A stretch of 64,000 nucleotides of DNA from Octopus vulgaris (taxonomy: Eukaryota), in contig OX597818.1 in NCBI GenBank assembly GCA_951406725.2, forward strand, positions 99,324,001 to 99,388,000, given 5' to 3'. Every line of letters begins with the position of its first letter. Position 1 is the stretch's first letter. Of this stretch, positions 25,368-43,484 are shown one piece after another. Under the pieces are notes generated by a model. The model searched no databases and was not told the DNA's origin. It worked only from the letters and a program-made list of their open reading frames with translations. Position numbers and translations under genes: made by a program.

Positions 25368-26154
25368 ACGAAATAGGTTAAACCTCAGTTTAAGCATTAA
25401 TAAAGCTAAATCATTTTAAACTATGGAGTGAAGATATGATTGACATCATTGAAAGTATTTGTAAACACGTGAATAAAATCATGTCAGTACAGAAAAAAAA
25501 CCTCCCCCAAGGTGATGGTAGCAATATATTGTTTTGAAGAAAAAAAAAATGCGTAAAGTGGTAAAGTTAATGAAAGCTGTGTAAAGATATATGGATATTA
25601 TATGGTATTACTATTGTTTATTACGGTACATAAATACTTTCACTGCAAACTTCATTGTGTTTGTCTCTGTCTGTTGTCATTTCCGAAGTTAGAGTCGGAT
25701 GAAATATGAGCAAAATGAACGAACTAAATCAATGATCAGTCCTGCCTAAAACATACAGCGAAATACTAGGAGGTCAATAGAATACAGAATGCTAGTAACT
25801 TTTGAATATGTGGATTTTTCGGCGTTAGAATTCGATTACACGAGTGTTTTACAAGGCGAAAGGGGTTAAATCTCAAATGGGGAGAACCTATGATAATTAA
25901 AAAAAAGATGGGAAAATTGTATAGTTTAATAAAATGCAGATGATTTTAAAGTATATAAAATTTATTCAACGCATTGGCGAAGAAAAAAAAAATTATATGG
26001 ATGCAAACTCAATTTTGTTTTCTCAGAAATAAAGACTAAGGTAGAGGCAGAATGAGCTCACTTATATTTCGTGACTGGGCCAGGTATTTGTCAGTTTGTG
26101 AACCGCTGGACTACAGGGCAAAGCCCTGTGTTTTAGCTAAGAGAAACTAATATT

Positions 26155-26450
26155 TGAAGTTACCTTTGCTTTTCGTCCTTCCGGGGTCGATAAAGTAAAG
26201 TACCCTTCAAGTACTGAAGGTGGATATAATTAACTATTTCCTTCATCTCCCACCAAAAACATCACGTTATTTTGTGGTATTTTAGTTACAGCCATATACG
26301 CTCTGAGTTCAAATACAGCTGAAGTTAGTTTTTCCTTTCATCATTCTGGTTCGATATAATGTAGTAACAAACCAAGTATTGAGGTCGATATAATCGATTA
26401 TACCACTTCCTTCAAATCTGAGGCCTTGTACTTTTGCTATAAATCAATAT
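26155..26450 (+). mobile_element. Two degenerate family B SINE bodies in tandem
   Basis: CTTTGCTTTTCGTCCTTCCGGGGTCGATAAAG and CTGAGTTCAAATAC...CCTTTCATC...GAGGTCGATATAATCGA. Confidence 0.65.
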
Positions 26451-26639
26451 ACTTTAGTATTATGAAGACAGGACACCACAGTATATGAACTGTTGTTTAA
26501 ACACAGGTCGGACCTGACTGAGCTGATCTATGATCAAAGGTGTTTCAACTACGCACATCCCATCATTATGTATCTAGAATTACATCATTCAAAATATCTT
26601 TCGCTTCCCCAGACAATAGAATGTAATGCTATAATATCT

Positions 26640-27032
26640 TTTATCTTTTACTTGTTTCAGTCATTAGACTGCGGCTATGCTGGGGTACTACCTTGAAGAA
26701 TTTGTAGGCGAACGAATCTACTGCTGTACTTTCTTTTTAAAACCTTATACTTATTCGATCATACACTTTTACCGAAATGCTAAGCTACGGGGGCGTGAAT
26801 AAACCAACACCGGTTGTCAGTATGTGGAGGGGAACAAACGCAAACACACAAAAACGCACAACATGCACACGCGACAGTCTCTTTTCAGTTTCCGTCTATC
26901 ATATCCATCTAAAAAGGCTCAGATCATCAAGGGGATAGACCAGAAGACACCCAAAGTGTCCGACAGTGAGATTGAATCCGGAACCATGTGGTTGGGAACC
27001 AATTTCCTTACTACACGGCCACGCTTTCGCCT
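26640..27032 (-). mobile_element. Degenerate family A SINE
   Basis: CTTTTACTTGTTTCAGTCATTAGACTGCGGCTATGCTGGGG tail; TTTCAGTTTCCGTCTA; GGAACCATGTGGTTGGGAA head. Confidence 0.8.
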
Positions 27033-27044
27033 GTATATATATAT

Positions 27045-27262
27045 TCTTTTCTACTGAAGGCACAAAGCCTTGAAATTTTGGAGGAGGGGACTAGTCGATT
27101 ACATCGAATCCAGTGTTTCACTGGTACTTAATTTATCGACCCCGAAAGGATGAAAGGCAAAGTCGACCTCGGTAGAATTTGAACTCAGAACGTGAAGACG
27201 GGTGAAATGCCGTTAAGCATTCCGCCCGGTGTGATAGCGATTTTGCCAGCTTGTCGCCTTCG
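27045..27262 (-). mobile_element. Family B SINE with alternative tail
   Basis: TATCGACCCCGAAAGGATGAAAGGCAAAGTCGACCTCGGTAGAATTTGAACTCAGAACGT...TGCCAGCTTGTCGCC. Confidence 0.88.
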
Positions 27263-27619
27263 TCTATATATATATATACACATATATATATATATATAGC
27301 AGCTATGTACGGTTTCACTTGGATGATGTGGCTGTGATCGTTTTCTGTTAGGCGTATGTGAATGATAATTAAGTTCAGACCTGCACATGGTAGCTAGACC
27401 TGGTAGAAATAGCAACCAAATCTCCCTCAAAACACCCTATTGTCTTAATCCGACAATTCTGCCTATTATGTAGTTTGAATGAGAAACTGTAACTAAAGAT
27501 TAAGATTATTAACCCCACAAAGAGGTGAAAGAAGAGAGCGAAAGTTTTGACTGACTGTCATCTTGTACAACCCTTGTTGCTAGCGAAATGGTATATGCCA
27601 GCTGTGTGACCAACTGGTT

Positions 27620-27819
27620 ATTTTAATGGCGGAAAAAACAGGGGAATTCCATTAGTAAAAGTTTTAATCGATTTTCTCGGTAAGTATGGGGGCATTCCAA
27701 TTTATGCACTCGTCTCCATATGTGTGCCATTTTTCATGCGAATCTACCCAGCCGTTTGGCTGTGAACCTCAAGACAAGAAAGAATACAACGATCGCCCAT
27801 GTCCAATTTATATTATAGA
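27620..27819 (-). mobile_element. Helitron-like 5' fragment
   Basis: Minus strand begins A|TCTATAATATAAA like the complete Helitrons here. TTTCATGCGAATCTACCCAGCCGTTTGG parallels TTTCATCAGAATCGGTTGAAAGCCGTGG in 53979-54417. No 3' CTAG end found. Confidence 0.5.
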
Positions 27820-27879
27820 TATATTGAGAGGCTCCTGGTTGACTCTGTGTAGGCGTTGGAAGGCTAACGTTTTCATTGA

Positions 27880-31915
<4,036 letters not shown>

Positions 31916-33669
31916 GCTCATCGGAGTGCATTTGAAGCTTAATAAATAAACATTGTATGGCGCCCCTGACTCAGGCTGTGTTTGATGTGAGTTCGTATTT
32001 CAGCGTAGTTATTGGATTCTGACTTTAACCAATACATTTAACCCATGTAGCCCTGCATTCAAACCGATGCACTATATAAAACTCTTAAGCGACAGTATAA
32101 TGAAATACAGGAACTCATATTAAACAGCTTTTGTGCGTCTTTCAAAGCCAACACAAAGCTATACAACCAGACAAGCAAACAAACAAACTAGCAAACAAAA
32201 GATCGTATACAACCATATTGAGATTGCTAGAAATGTGCATACACAAGCGTTTATATTCAAATACTCATACTCATGCATATCTAGGCTCAAACGCACTTAT
32301 ATTTTTACTGGCATACACACGCTTAACCACACCACTAAACACATCAGAATCTAACTGAAAGTACGAATAAAAAGAATAAAAAAAAGACTTCTCTAAAAAT
32401 CTGTTTCTGTGTCATCAAACAAGTCATATATTGATTACTTTTCTTAATTAACTCTCAACCTTCACCGAACACTGTCAGTTTGATTTTGCTATTCTATAAG
32501 ACTTAGTTCCAATGGCTGTCAGTTTCGATTGCTATTTGCAAAGGTACAGGAGCAGTATTTTATTACATTCTGTTTAGCACAAATAACATGTATGCATATA
32601 TAGTCCACTCGATCGGTGCGTTTGTTGAAGTTTTTAAAATGAGAATCTTATAAATTAGCAGTCACTTTCTCATTTGATAAAGGAAAAGTTTTGACTTGTG
32701 GCTGAAATGAATTTCTCGAAACGAGGGCCTATGTGACTGATATACATGATATCATCAAAGGGTTCTTGGTAGAACTTGATCTTTGAATACACGATCTTCG
32801 AAACATGGGCTAAAATTCATAAAAAGCTATATTAGCTCAATGATTTTGTGGTGTCATTCCTTCTGTGAAAATACGTATCACTCCTATATCCACGAAATTG
32901 GATTATAATTTCCTTCTTAATAAGAACTATATTATCACTTTTTATATTAATCACTCCAATCGCAATAAAACATCTCAGCCAGATTATCGATCACTTAGGA
33001 ATGAAATGGAAATTCTTCCTCAGCAGAATTTGAACTCAGAATGCAAAGCAGCAGTTAACTAAACATAAGACATTTTGTACCCTTTCCAACAATTACGTCA
33101 TATCTCGTCCTAAAAGAAAAAAAACAAAACAACAAAAAAACAACAAAAAAACAAAAACCCAACCCAAAAGTTATTGTAATTACAAGAGAAGCTGTGAAAT
33201 TGACGAATCACAGGATTAATATCAGGACGAAATCTCTAAATCTTTTTCAGTAGACAAATTATAAGCCACCACCCATCCATCCACTCAAACAGAAAATTTG
33301 TGGTCTAAACAAGCATAAATTTAAGGAAACATTATACAATCGACGAAAACGAAAAAAAAAAGTTAGTATCTTTAAATTGCATATATTTAGAGTTTCTGCA
33401 AATCCTCCAGTATTAACAAAACCATGACAAATGGCATTTATTGAGATTATAATGCAGCAACAGCTAGCTTCTGCATGTAGTAGAGTAAGCAGCACAGAAA
33501 AAAAAAACAAAAAAAAAACGAGTAAGCAAAAACAAAACAAGACAAAACAAAAAAAAAAAATGGAAAAAAAGCCCAGTTCACTTGTCTTTGGTTGCGTTAC
33601 CATACCAACAACTGGTTACTTTTAAACCTGCCAGCCGATGATTGACAAAATTATGACTTGCGTTCAAAT

Positions 33670-33832
33670 GAACAATAGCAACAACAACAACAACAACACT
33701 AATGATAATAATAATTATTATATTAATAATGATGATGATGACGATGATGATGATGATGATGATGAAGAAGATGATGCTGATAATAATAATAATAAAAATA
33801 ATAATAATGATGATGATGATAATAATAATAAC

Positions 33833-33875
<43 letters not shown>

Positions 33876-34050
33876 TTAATAGTGCTGTCATATTTGTCTT
33901 TGTTTCTGAACTCTGTTCTTGCTTGTTGTTTACCTTCAACTTCACAATACGCATGGCTACCACTACCACCACCCACTACCAGCACTACCGCCACTATCTC
34001 CACCATCTCCACCATCTCCACCACCACCGTCGTCATTGTCGTCGCCACCA
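33670..34050. repeat. Compound trinucleotide tract (CAA)/(TAA)/(TGA)/(CAC)
   Basis: Directly visible. Confidence 0.93.
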
Positions 34051-34493
34051 TTCTAATAGAATGGAATGTTGTCCTTCACGCTGTACATATTTGATTATGA
34101 CAAACAAGGAAATATTTCATGTCATTCATTCATCGTTTCTGTTTTACATATGTTAATGTTAATATTTTCTGACACAATGTGTCTTTCTCTCTTTCCCATA
34201 TTCACGCTTATGCAGATATCTGTGTACATGCGCTGTGTCAATACATGTCCTTCTGTTTCTGTGTCTGCCTGAACGCGTATCTTTGTATCTCTATCTCTCT
34301 AGACACACGCACGCATAGGCATATAAATATATATACGCACACATTTTATATAAATATATCTTTTACTCCACCCCTCTCCGTTTGTGCCTGTATACATGCA
34401 TACATACATGCATACATACATACATACATACATACATACATACATACATACACACACATATGTATATATACATTTATGTATATATATCATACA

Positions 34494-35129
34494 CTAGCAG
34501 TATCGCCCGGCGTTGCTCGGGTTTGTAAGGGAAATAACTATATAAGCATTTTTAGAGAGTTATAGCCAAAAAATAGCAAAAAATGCATTAAAAATGGAAA
34601 AAATATGATGGTAATTTTTTTTTAAATCGTTGACTCATCGTAGACATTTTTAGAGAGTTACTTCCCTTATATAATAGCGAAAAAATGCATTAAAATGGAC
34701 AAAAAACGATGGTAAATTTATTTTTAAATCGTAGACTCATGTAGACGCTTTCTTAGCCATTTCTGTTTTGGTGTCTTGAAGCCATGAAGTCGTTGTTCTA
34801 AAAGAACACTGGTCTCCTTGACAACGCATTACGACGTTGATTTCCTTACACTTCCTTCCCCACAGGTGCAGATGTGAGCGTGGACGCCAACTCCGCCGCC
34901 ATCGACACACGAAAAATTATGCATTAAAATGGAATAAAAAATGATGTTAAATTATTTTTAAAATCGTAGACTCATCGTAGACGCGCGCTAATATTCAGAC
35001 GGGCTCGATATGAATCACGACTATAAGCTACCCGAATTTGGTTAAACTGTACCGCAAAATGTGGGAGTAGTTAGGAATCTAAATCGAAGGGGACAGACAC
35101 TCACACAACTACAGTTTTATATATATAGA
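34494..35129 (-). mobile_element. Non-autonomous Helitron, complete
   Basis: Minus strand 5' TC (TCTATATATATAAAAC), 3' hairpin CCCGAGCAACGCCGGG followed by CTAG, inserted between A and T without TSD. Three internal copies of GCATTAAAATGG...AAATCGT(A/T)GACTCAT. Confidence 0.9.
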
Positions 35130-35144
35130 TATACATAGCGCAGT

Positions 35145-35510
35145 AGTGGTGAGATATGACAGCAAAGAAAAGCATACATTCACTCTCTGCATGCAATTAG
35201 ACTCGGAAAGTTCGTGAGGAACCCATTGACCCAATTTGCTGACTTTTCCGATAGCACACAGGTGTCAATGAATGGTTGAATGACCAAATCCAAGCTTCTC
35301 TGCTAGTTCCTCAACAGTTACGATGATATTTTGTTCCACCAGGGTTTTCAGGATGTCCTTGTCGAGTTCTACAGATCTTTCAGGATGAGGCTCGTCTTCT
35401 AGGCTGTAGTTTATGGCTCGGGATTTCTGGAACCACACTGCCTTACGCTTATTGTCCAATCCCCATATACTGCATTAATATTTCTTGTACTTTGCACACA
35501 TTTATATTCT
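35145..35510 (-). pseudogene. Mariner transposase N-terminal remnant (HTH domains and WVPHEL linker)
   Basis: TRNINAVYGDWTISVRQC, frameshift, then WFQKSRAINYSLEDEPHPERSVELDKDILKTLVEQNIIVTVEELAEKLGFGHSTIH*HLCAIGKVSKLGQWVPHEL. WVPHEL is the diagnostic mariner motif. Confidence 0.93.
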
Positions 35511-35556
35511 GTTATTCTTTTATATGTTTCAGCCTTGAGGTTGTGGCCATGCTGGA

Positions 35557-35559
<3 letters not shown>

Positions 35560-35589
<30 letters not shown>

Positions 35590-35776
35590 TATCTGTCTGT
35601 CTGTCTGTATGTATATATGTATATGTATGTGTGTGAACAATAATATTTTCAACAGATGTGTTGCAAATGTATCTGATTGTTCTCAAGCTTCAATACTGTG
35701 TGTATGTGTGTGTGTGTATGTATGTATGTATGTATGTATGTATATGTATGTATGTATGTATGTGTGTGTGTATGTA

Positions 35777-35838
<62 letters not shown>

Positions 35839-35902
35839 TATGTATGTATGTATGTATGTATGTATGTATGTATGTATGTATGTATGTATGTATGTATGTA
35901 TG
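35560..35902. repeat. (TG)n/(TATG)n microsatellites
   Basis: Directly visible. Confidence 0.95.
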
Positions 35903-36129
35903 TTTACTTTATTACTAATTACTCTCTTCCAAGAACATTTTCACTCACTCTTAGCTCTTAGCTTCCCATACATTTTACTCATGTATCTATCATCGTCATA
36001 GACAGAATACTTTCACTTTAGTCTTCCTCAAATCACTCTGTCCGCTATTTACTTTCATTTTATTCGTTGCCCACTGTGTGTGTGCGTTTGCGTGTGGTGT
36101 AAACCAGACTAAGAAAAGCATTTGACACA

Positions 36130-36319
36130 CACACCAGAATGTGAGTTTTCTGTAAATTTTGCTTAATTGGAGTTTAAATTTTAAAAACTGGACCTGGCAT
36201 GACGCGATGCATTGTACTCTTAAAAATGCCAGGTAAATTGTAATTGAAGAAATCCTATATTGTAGATTTGTATAACTCCCAAAGGGAGGCAGATAAAATC
36301 TGCCTTTTATAATAAGAGA
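36130..36319 (-). mobile_element. Helitron-like 5' fragment
   Basis: Minus strand begins A|TCTCTTATTATAAAAGGCAGATTTTATCTGCC, with a small hairpin. 3' end not found. Confidence 0.5.
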
Positions 36320-36419
36320 TATATTATGTATATATATGTATTTAATTATATATATATATATATATGTGTATATATATATGTCTTATGTACATATATATAT
36401 GTATATATATGTCTTATGT

Positions 36420-36472
<53 letters not shown>

Positions 36473-36599
36473 TTTAGTCATAGAATTTTGAAAAATATTT
36501 TCCTCAAATTAACAGCTATTACTTACATACATAATCTTTAAGAGGATGATGACGATGTTGATGATAGTAATAACAACAACAACAACAACAATGATAATA

Positions 36600-37725
36600 T
36601 AGTGAAGGGAATATCATTAAAGCAAATAATACATGGACTTTGCCAGTTTTGAGATATTCTGTTCTCTTTCTGAAATAAACAAAAGCCGAGCTACAGAATT
36701 TGAATAGACGGTCTAGAAAGCTGTTCACAATGCACAACGCACACCGCCTTAAGAATTATATCGACACACTCTGCCTACCAATGAAGGAAGGTGGCATAGG
36801 ATTACTAAGCGTAAAAGACACTTTTTGTGCTGTGATACTGGGTCTGAAAAAATAAGTTAAAAACGATACTATAGACAACCAGAGATACCCAACAAGTGAC
36901 TGAAACAGTCGGAGAATTCAAAGAGAAAAGGATGAACAACAAAACAAAGAAACAGAATTCTATGGTCAATTTATGCAACAAACCGAGATTTTTGTAAGTA
37001 AGGAACGCTGTTTCTGACTGACTGGCAAGGAATTGTAGCGAGAGACCGAAACGCTAATTATAGCTGTCCAGTAACAAGCTATTAGAATAAATTTGATAAA
37101 GGCAAATAATGACAAAACTCGGTCAGACAGCAAATGTGGAATATGCAGGAAAGGGGACGAAAGTATCTATCGCCTCTTGAGTAAGTGCAGTATACAAGTA
37201 CAAAGAGTGTACAAGTGCAGGCATGGTCGTGTAGGTAAAAAATTATATTGGAATGTTAACCGAATGTGTGCTTCAAATTAACAGAAAAGTGGCGTGAATA
37301 CGAACCAAAGGCTGTGATAGAAAATAAGAATTATAGGATCTTGTGAGATTTCCCCGTAAAGACTGACCATACTATTGAAGCAAGAAGACAAAATAAACAG
37401 TGTAAGATCATAGATTTTGGAATTCCATTTGATTGCAGAATCAATTCTCAAAGAAATTGAAAAAAATTGAGAACTAACAGGATCTAGCCATAGACCTGAA
37501 GAGACTAAGATAACAATTATTCTTGAGATGATTGGTGCACTTGGCACAACACCAAAAACAGATTGAAAGCGTTTGGAATTGAAACTTTGCATTGTCGACT
37601 TGCAGAAAAGCACTATCGTATATTCTACTTGAATCCGAAGGACGATTCTTGAGATTTGAGATGACTTGTTCTCACAAAAGCTCAACATAAAATGCCTGCT
37701 AATTAAAATTAGCATGTACTTGGTT
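36600..37725 (+). mobile_element. Decayed R4/Dong-type non-LTR retrotransposon, 3' part (post-RT, CCHC zinc finger, restriction-like endonuclease region)
   Basis: Through stops and frameshifts: GNIIKANNTWTLPVLRYS, AELQNLNRRSRKLFTMHNAH, LCLPMKEGGIGLL, YGQFMQQTE, RETETLIIAVQ*QAIR, SKCGICRKGDESIYRLLSKC, YKCRHGRVGK, MIGALGTTPK, LQKSTI. Ends in (TAA)n. Confidence 0.88.
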
Positions 37726-38780
<1,055 letters not shown>

Positions 38781-40637
38781 TTATTTCAGTCCAGCTGTTT
38801 TCCTCAACGTGGTGTCTATTGATCTTTATTTCTTAGTGTTATTAAATTGTCTTCGAGGTTTAAGCTTGGTCCCCAGCTTTCTGCTTTTGCTACTTGTTAT
38901 TCCATTAAATCACAATTCTACATAGAACATTTCCTTTACATAGACACAATAGTAGGAAGTGAAAATTTTAAAAACACGCTGACGAGGATTTTGAAACGAA
39001 AATATAACACTTTGAGGAGAAATATCGGGATAGTGTGAAAAACAAAGAGTTCGGAACATTGGCAATGAAACAGGTATGATGTAGAGTGAGAATAAGACAG
39101 ACAGACAGACAGACAAAGAAGAGAAAAATAACATTAGAAGAAAAGATATTGTCAAGAGGCAAAGGAAGGTTTGATCAGTACAAAACAGTTCAAACTAAAT
39201 TTCATATTTATGCTGAAAGAAAGAACTAAAATGATGGCAATGCTCGCAACAATTTAATAGTCTCAAAGTAAGTGCAACAGTTACATTTACAATTTGTGTA
39301 GGTGTGTTGTTTACATATCCAAGTTATTTATCAGTCAACTTGCTCGAGCTAAACTAAATAGGTAATATAGTGTAAAGAATTATATCAATAAGTATGATTT
39401 TATCAGTTTACCATGTTAGTTGAAAATCTTTTAAGTGCATGGCTTGAAGAGGAATAGAATCTATCTAACAGTTAGACTTATTATTGATATACTACAAGAA
39501 AACAAAATTCTTCAACGATTACTGAAATACGTTTGGATCATGGGACTATTGGTCAATAGCAACATTAATTTTAAAAAGAAGACAAAGGAAATGAATAATA
39601 AATATGACATTTTCAAAGCAATTGGAACCTTGTAAAGGTAGGTGTCACTAAAGTAGATATTATAACTTGGCGCTGTCGAAAAGAAAAAGCTGGAAGGACA
39701 TCACCTTTGCAATATCAAATTTTGTACGTCATGCTGACCTGAAGAGCTACTGCGTATACATTTTCTTTCCATACCGCTAAGATCATTAAATTCTATTGAT
39801 TCATTTTGGATGATTCAATTGACTAAATCATTCTTTCTGTAAACAGTTGAAGAAATGACTGTAGCTAATAGATGACATTTTTCTATTTTCGTTCCAGCTG
39901 ATTTAGTAGTTGCATTGAAAAACCATACAGTAGTACAAAAATCTACATTTTTACAGATCTGTTAAAGCATCTTTTTTAAACAAATTCGTGACGTATCTAT
40001 GCAGAAACACAGAGGCAAGTTTCCAAGATTTTGAGAATACCCAACCAAAATATTCCATTCCTATTTGTAATATTTTCACTTCAAATATACCTCTAATACC
40101 ACAGGAAAAACATATGAAGACGCCTCAGACTTACAGCAACACTTTATTTCAATCCGAAACTCTGTATCTATACAATCTATCAGGCAAAGTGAATCTCCAC
40201 GCAGTTGCTGAAATTGCTAGTTATATCTTCTACATTTTCCTCAACTCATGTCCAACCACCTTAAAAAAGAAGGATATATTGGAAAATATACTTCATGATA
40301 TAGTGGATGACAACATGATCCCAGCTGGAATGTGTTTCTTCATAGATCTGCTCGAAGAAAGGCTGACCATAGGCTAAGCAACAAGAACAAAAGCAGCTAA
40401 AATAAAAATAACGGAAACCCAACGGAAACAACAATCTAGCTACTCTTCGACCAAAACTGCACGCATAGAAAAAGTCATGTTTCAAGAAAGGTTTTCTCGA
40501 AGAGGATAATAGTAGTGGTGTGGTAACTACGACAAACAGCATTCTCACAGTCATCCACCAGCTTTAGAAATGTTACTACAAGTTCGTAGAGATTAATAAA
40601 TCTCTGAGCGAGGTATAAACAGTAGCTGCACGAAATC

Positions 40638-41024
40638 GTGAAGTATATTTGCCACTTAAATATGGCTAACGCCTAAGGGTGGATGCTACTGTAGTTTGTA
40701 GCCCCAGGAGGACACCTCCTCCAGCTGGCTATTGACACACTTTCTGTGCCCTATCAGTATTTGCTAAGGGAAGCCATCCTTCCCATCTTCAACCTGTATG
40801 ATACACACGGACTCGAGTTTCTGGGTATTGACCCGTCTATTCAGAAACTCGAGTCCGTGTGTATCTTAGGTTGAAGACGGGAAGGATGGCTTTCCTTGCA
40901 AATACTGATAGAGCACAGAAAGTGTGTCAATAGCCAGCTGGAGGAGGTGTCCTCCTTGAGCTACAAGCTAGAGTAGCATCCACCCTTAGGGGTTAGCCAC
41001 ATTTAAGTGGCAAATATACTTCAC
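40638..41024. mobile_element. 387-bp foldback (near-perfect palindrome), MITE-like
   Basis: Arms GTGAAGTATATTTGCCACTTAAAT... and ...ATTTAAGTGGCAAATATACTTCAC of about 190 bp each, roughly 90-93% complementary by eye, with a loop of about 10 nt near 40829-40838. No TSD seen. Confidence 0.9.
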
Positions 41025-41729
41025 TTTGTAGTGTTTCTTATCCATTTGTTTTATGGTAAAATTACGGATAGCATCTATCACTAGACTTCGAACACCAGCC
41101 TCAAATAAAACATCCGAATAAAACGTGGCACTTATTGCCGTTGACGACAAAATATTGTCTGAGGGAGAGGGAAGAGCTTCCACTGTTTGCTATCAAATGA
41201 AAAAAAATGTTACATGCAATAACAGCAAAAGAATTGAGATGGTAGATAGTCTAGAAAGATACAGAATAATTATTTGAAATGAATATTTAATGACTCACAG
41301 AGCAAGTATTACACGCTCTGGACAGGTATAATAAGATACCCAGAGAACCTAAAAGATATTGGATGAACTATTTTGGTAGTGGCCTGCAATTTTAGATAAG
41401 TAGATGAAATAAAAATTTGTTTAAAGTTCATATCTTTCGAGAAATGTAAGAAAATTACACTTATCCAGCAACATGAGAATCCGTTTACGTGAAGATAAAT
41501 TATTTGGACACTTGGTATACAAGTTACTGCAACTAGGCAATGGAATAATCAAACTACCAAGAACTGATATGAGCACAAGTGGTATAGCAACATGTATGAT
41601 TTGAAGGAAATAGTTTTCTCAAATCAGAATCATAGGTGGTTGTGTGAAAGAGCAATGTTAGAGCCAAAGAACAATCGGGTTGGTGGAAACGGCAGAGAAG
41701 CCCATCGGGTGGATTGAACACGTGATTCA

Positions 41730-41890
41730 AAAGGTACATCCTAGTCACACGCTATCCTACGCTGACTATGCATGAGAACCATATTAAGGGTACATATGTC
41801 TGTGGGATACTAAGTGTTAATTCAATGAGCAAGCTATTCAGTTGATAGAACAACTGAGTCTTCATTGTTAAACGACGAAGATACACTGCC
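41730..41890 (+). mobile_element. Old SINE 3' segment related to 20762-20930
   Basis: GTCACACGCT...ACGCTGA...TTAAGGGTACATATGTCTGTGG...TTCAGTTGATAGAACAACTG. Confidence 0.55.
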
Positions 41891-43484
41891 GCCTCATACA
41901 TTCACTCACCCACTCACTCACTCACTCACGCACGCACACATACACACACAGAGGAAAACATATGTATTATAACTAAACTGTTAGGTGTGTAACTTATAAA
42001 ATGTGAAAATTTAATTCATTTATAATAATTTTCTTTCTCTGCAAATAATTAATTTATTTCATTCATATTTCAAAGTTACTTTTTTTTTTTTCGATTCTTT
42101 CAATAGCTTATTATATTTGGCTTCCCTTTCAAAAACAACACTGTAAGATACTATTAGCTGATAGCTCTACTCTTCCATAAATGGATACATATAGCCATAA
42201 GACGAAGCATTTCAATATCCAAAAAATAAATATAATGAATTTCGTCATCAAATATTTTCTTTTTGCTTGTTGTTTTGATTTCTCTTTTCTTTACAATTAC
42301 TTCCTATTAATTAATTTATCAATTTACGAAAATTTATTTTCAGTATAATTTCCAAAAGTTTCTGCTTAATTCACTTATAATTTATAATTTACTACAGATA
42401 TATTTTTTTTTTGTTTTCATGCAGCATTAATGAGTGGAATGAGATAGTTGATGTGCGGACAAATGCAATTTTATGTAGAATTTAGTTTTGGTCTCTCGAT
42501 TTTAAAGGAATAAAGGTATCAACATTTCCTTTCATCTCTCTAGAAGAATATATCGATTAAATGAATAATATAACCTGAAATCTTTCAGGTGACTCTACTT
42601 TTCTACAAGGAAAAAAAATCAGCTTCTTCAATATCAAAAGACTTTAACAATGGTGGCCTGCAGATGTTACGAACGAACTTAGCCTTCATTTTCAAACAGA
42701 TCAACCTTACTGTTTTCAAAACTGGAAGTTAAGGTGAACTCTTTTTTCTTTTTTCTTGGAAACGTATGAATGTCTCAGCTTCATAGTTCATCTCTTCTAT
42801 ATCTTTACAGTCATAGATCTCAACAATTTCATCAATACAGATTGTTCTCTGTTCTTTCCTTTTCTCATCATTCTTATATTTAAAAAGATGATTTGCCTGT
42901 CATAAAAAACCCCCAACAACAACAACAACAACACAAACAGTTTTCCAAGAAGGATTGACGGGTTGGAAACAAAAGTTAGGAAAATCAACTTTGTTTGCTA
43001 TCACCTAGAAGTAAGATATCAAAATAAAACTGTAAACACTCAAACAGCTACGTTTTCAGTACTTGTGCTTGAAATAGGTTTTTAAGATCTGTTTCCCATT
43101 CTCCAAAGAATAAAACATGGCGCGTAGAATTGTGTATATTACTTGTTCAAATAGACGAAGAAACACCTAAAATTGAACACAAGGAATTCCTCCAAAATGA
43201 ATAAAAACCTATTACCAACTATACAGAAAAAACAAAAACAAAAAGAAATCAAAGCGTCAGACAAAACGAACTGCGTTATTTAGTTACATTTCTTTGCATA
43301 TTAAGTTCAGATCTCACTCTTGCGATAACATATAAGCAATAGTTATCTACTGAGATGAATACGGTTAAGGACTTTTATAATAGAAATGTCCTTGTGTTAA
43401 TATGAGAAATCAGCATAGTGAGGTTTACAGCATTATTGTTATGCTGGAATCAGTCAGTATTGAGGAAAACAGGATAGGTTATCT

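Noticed and set aside
33598-33624. Possible 27-nt minus-strand micro-exon (GLKVTSCWY)
   Set aside because: Weak polypyrimidine tract and ambiguous donor; expected by chance.
40895-40935. CTGATAGAGCACAGAAAGTGTGTC in the foldback arm as a hammerhead
   Set aside because: The core is not (C/U)UGAN(G/A)A, and stems I and III cannot be formed.
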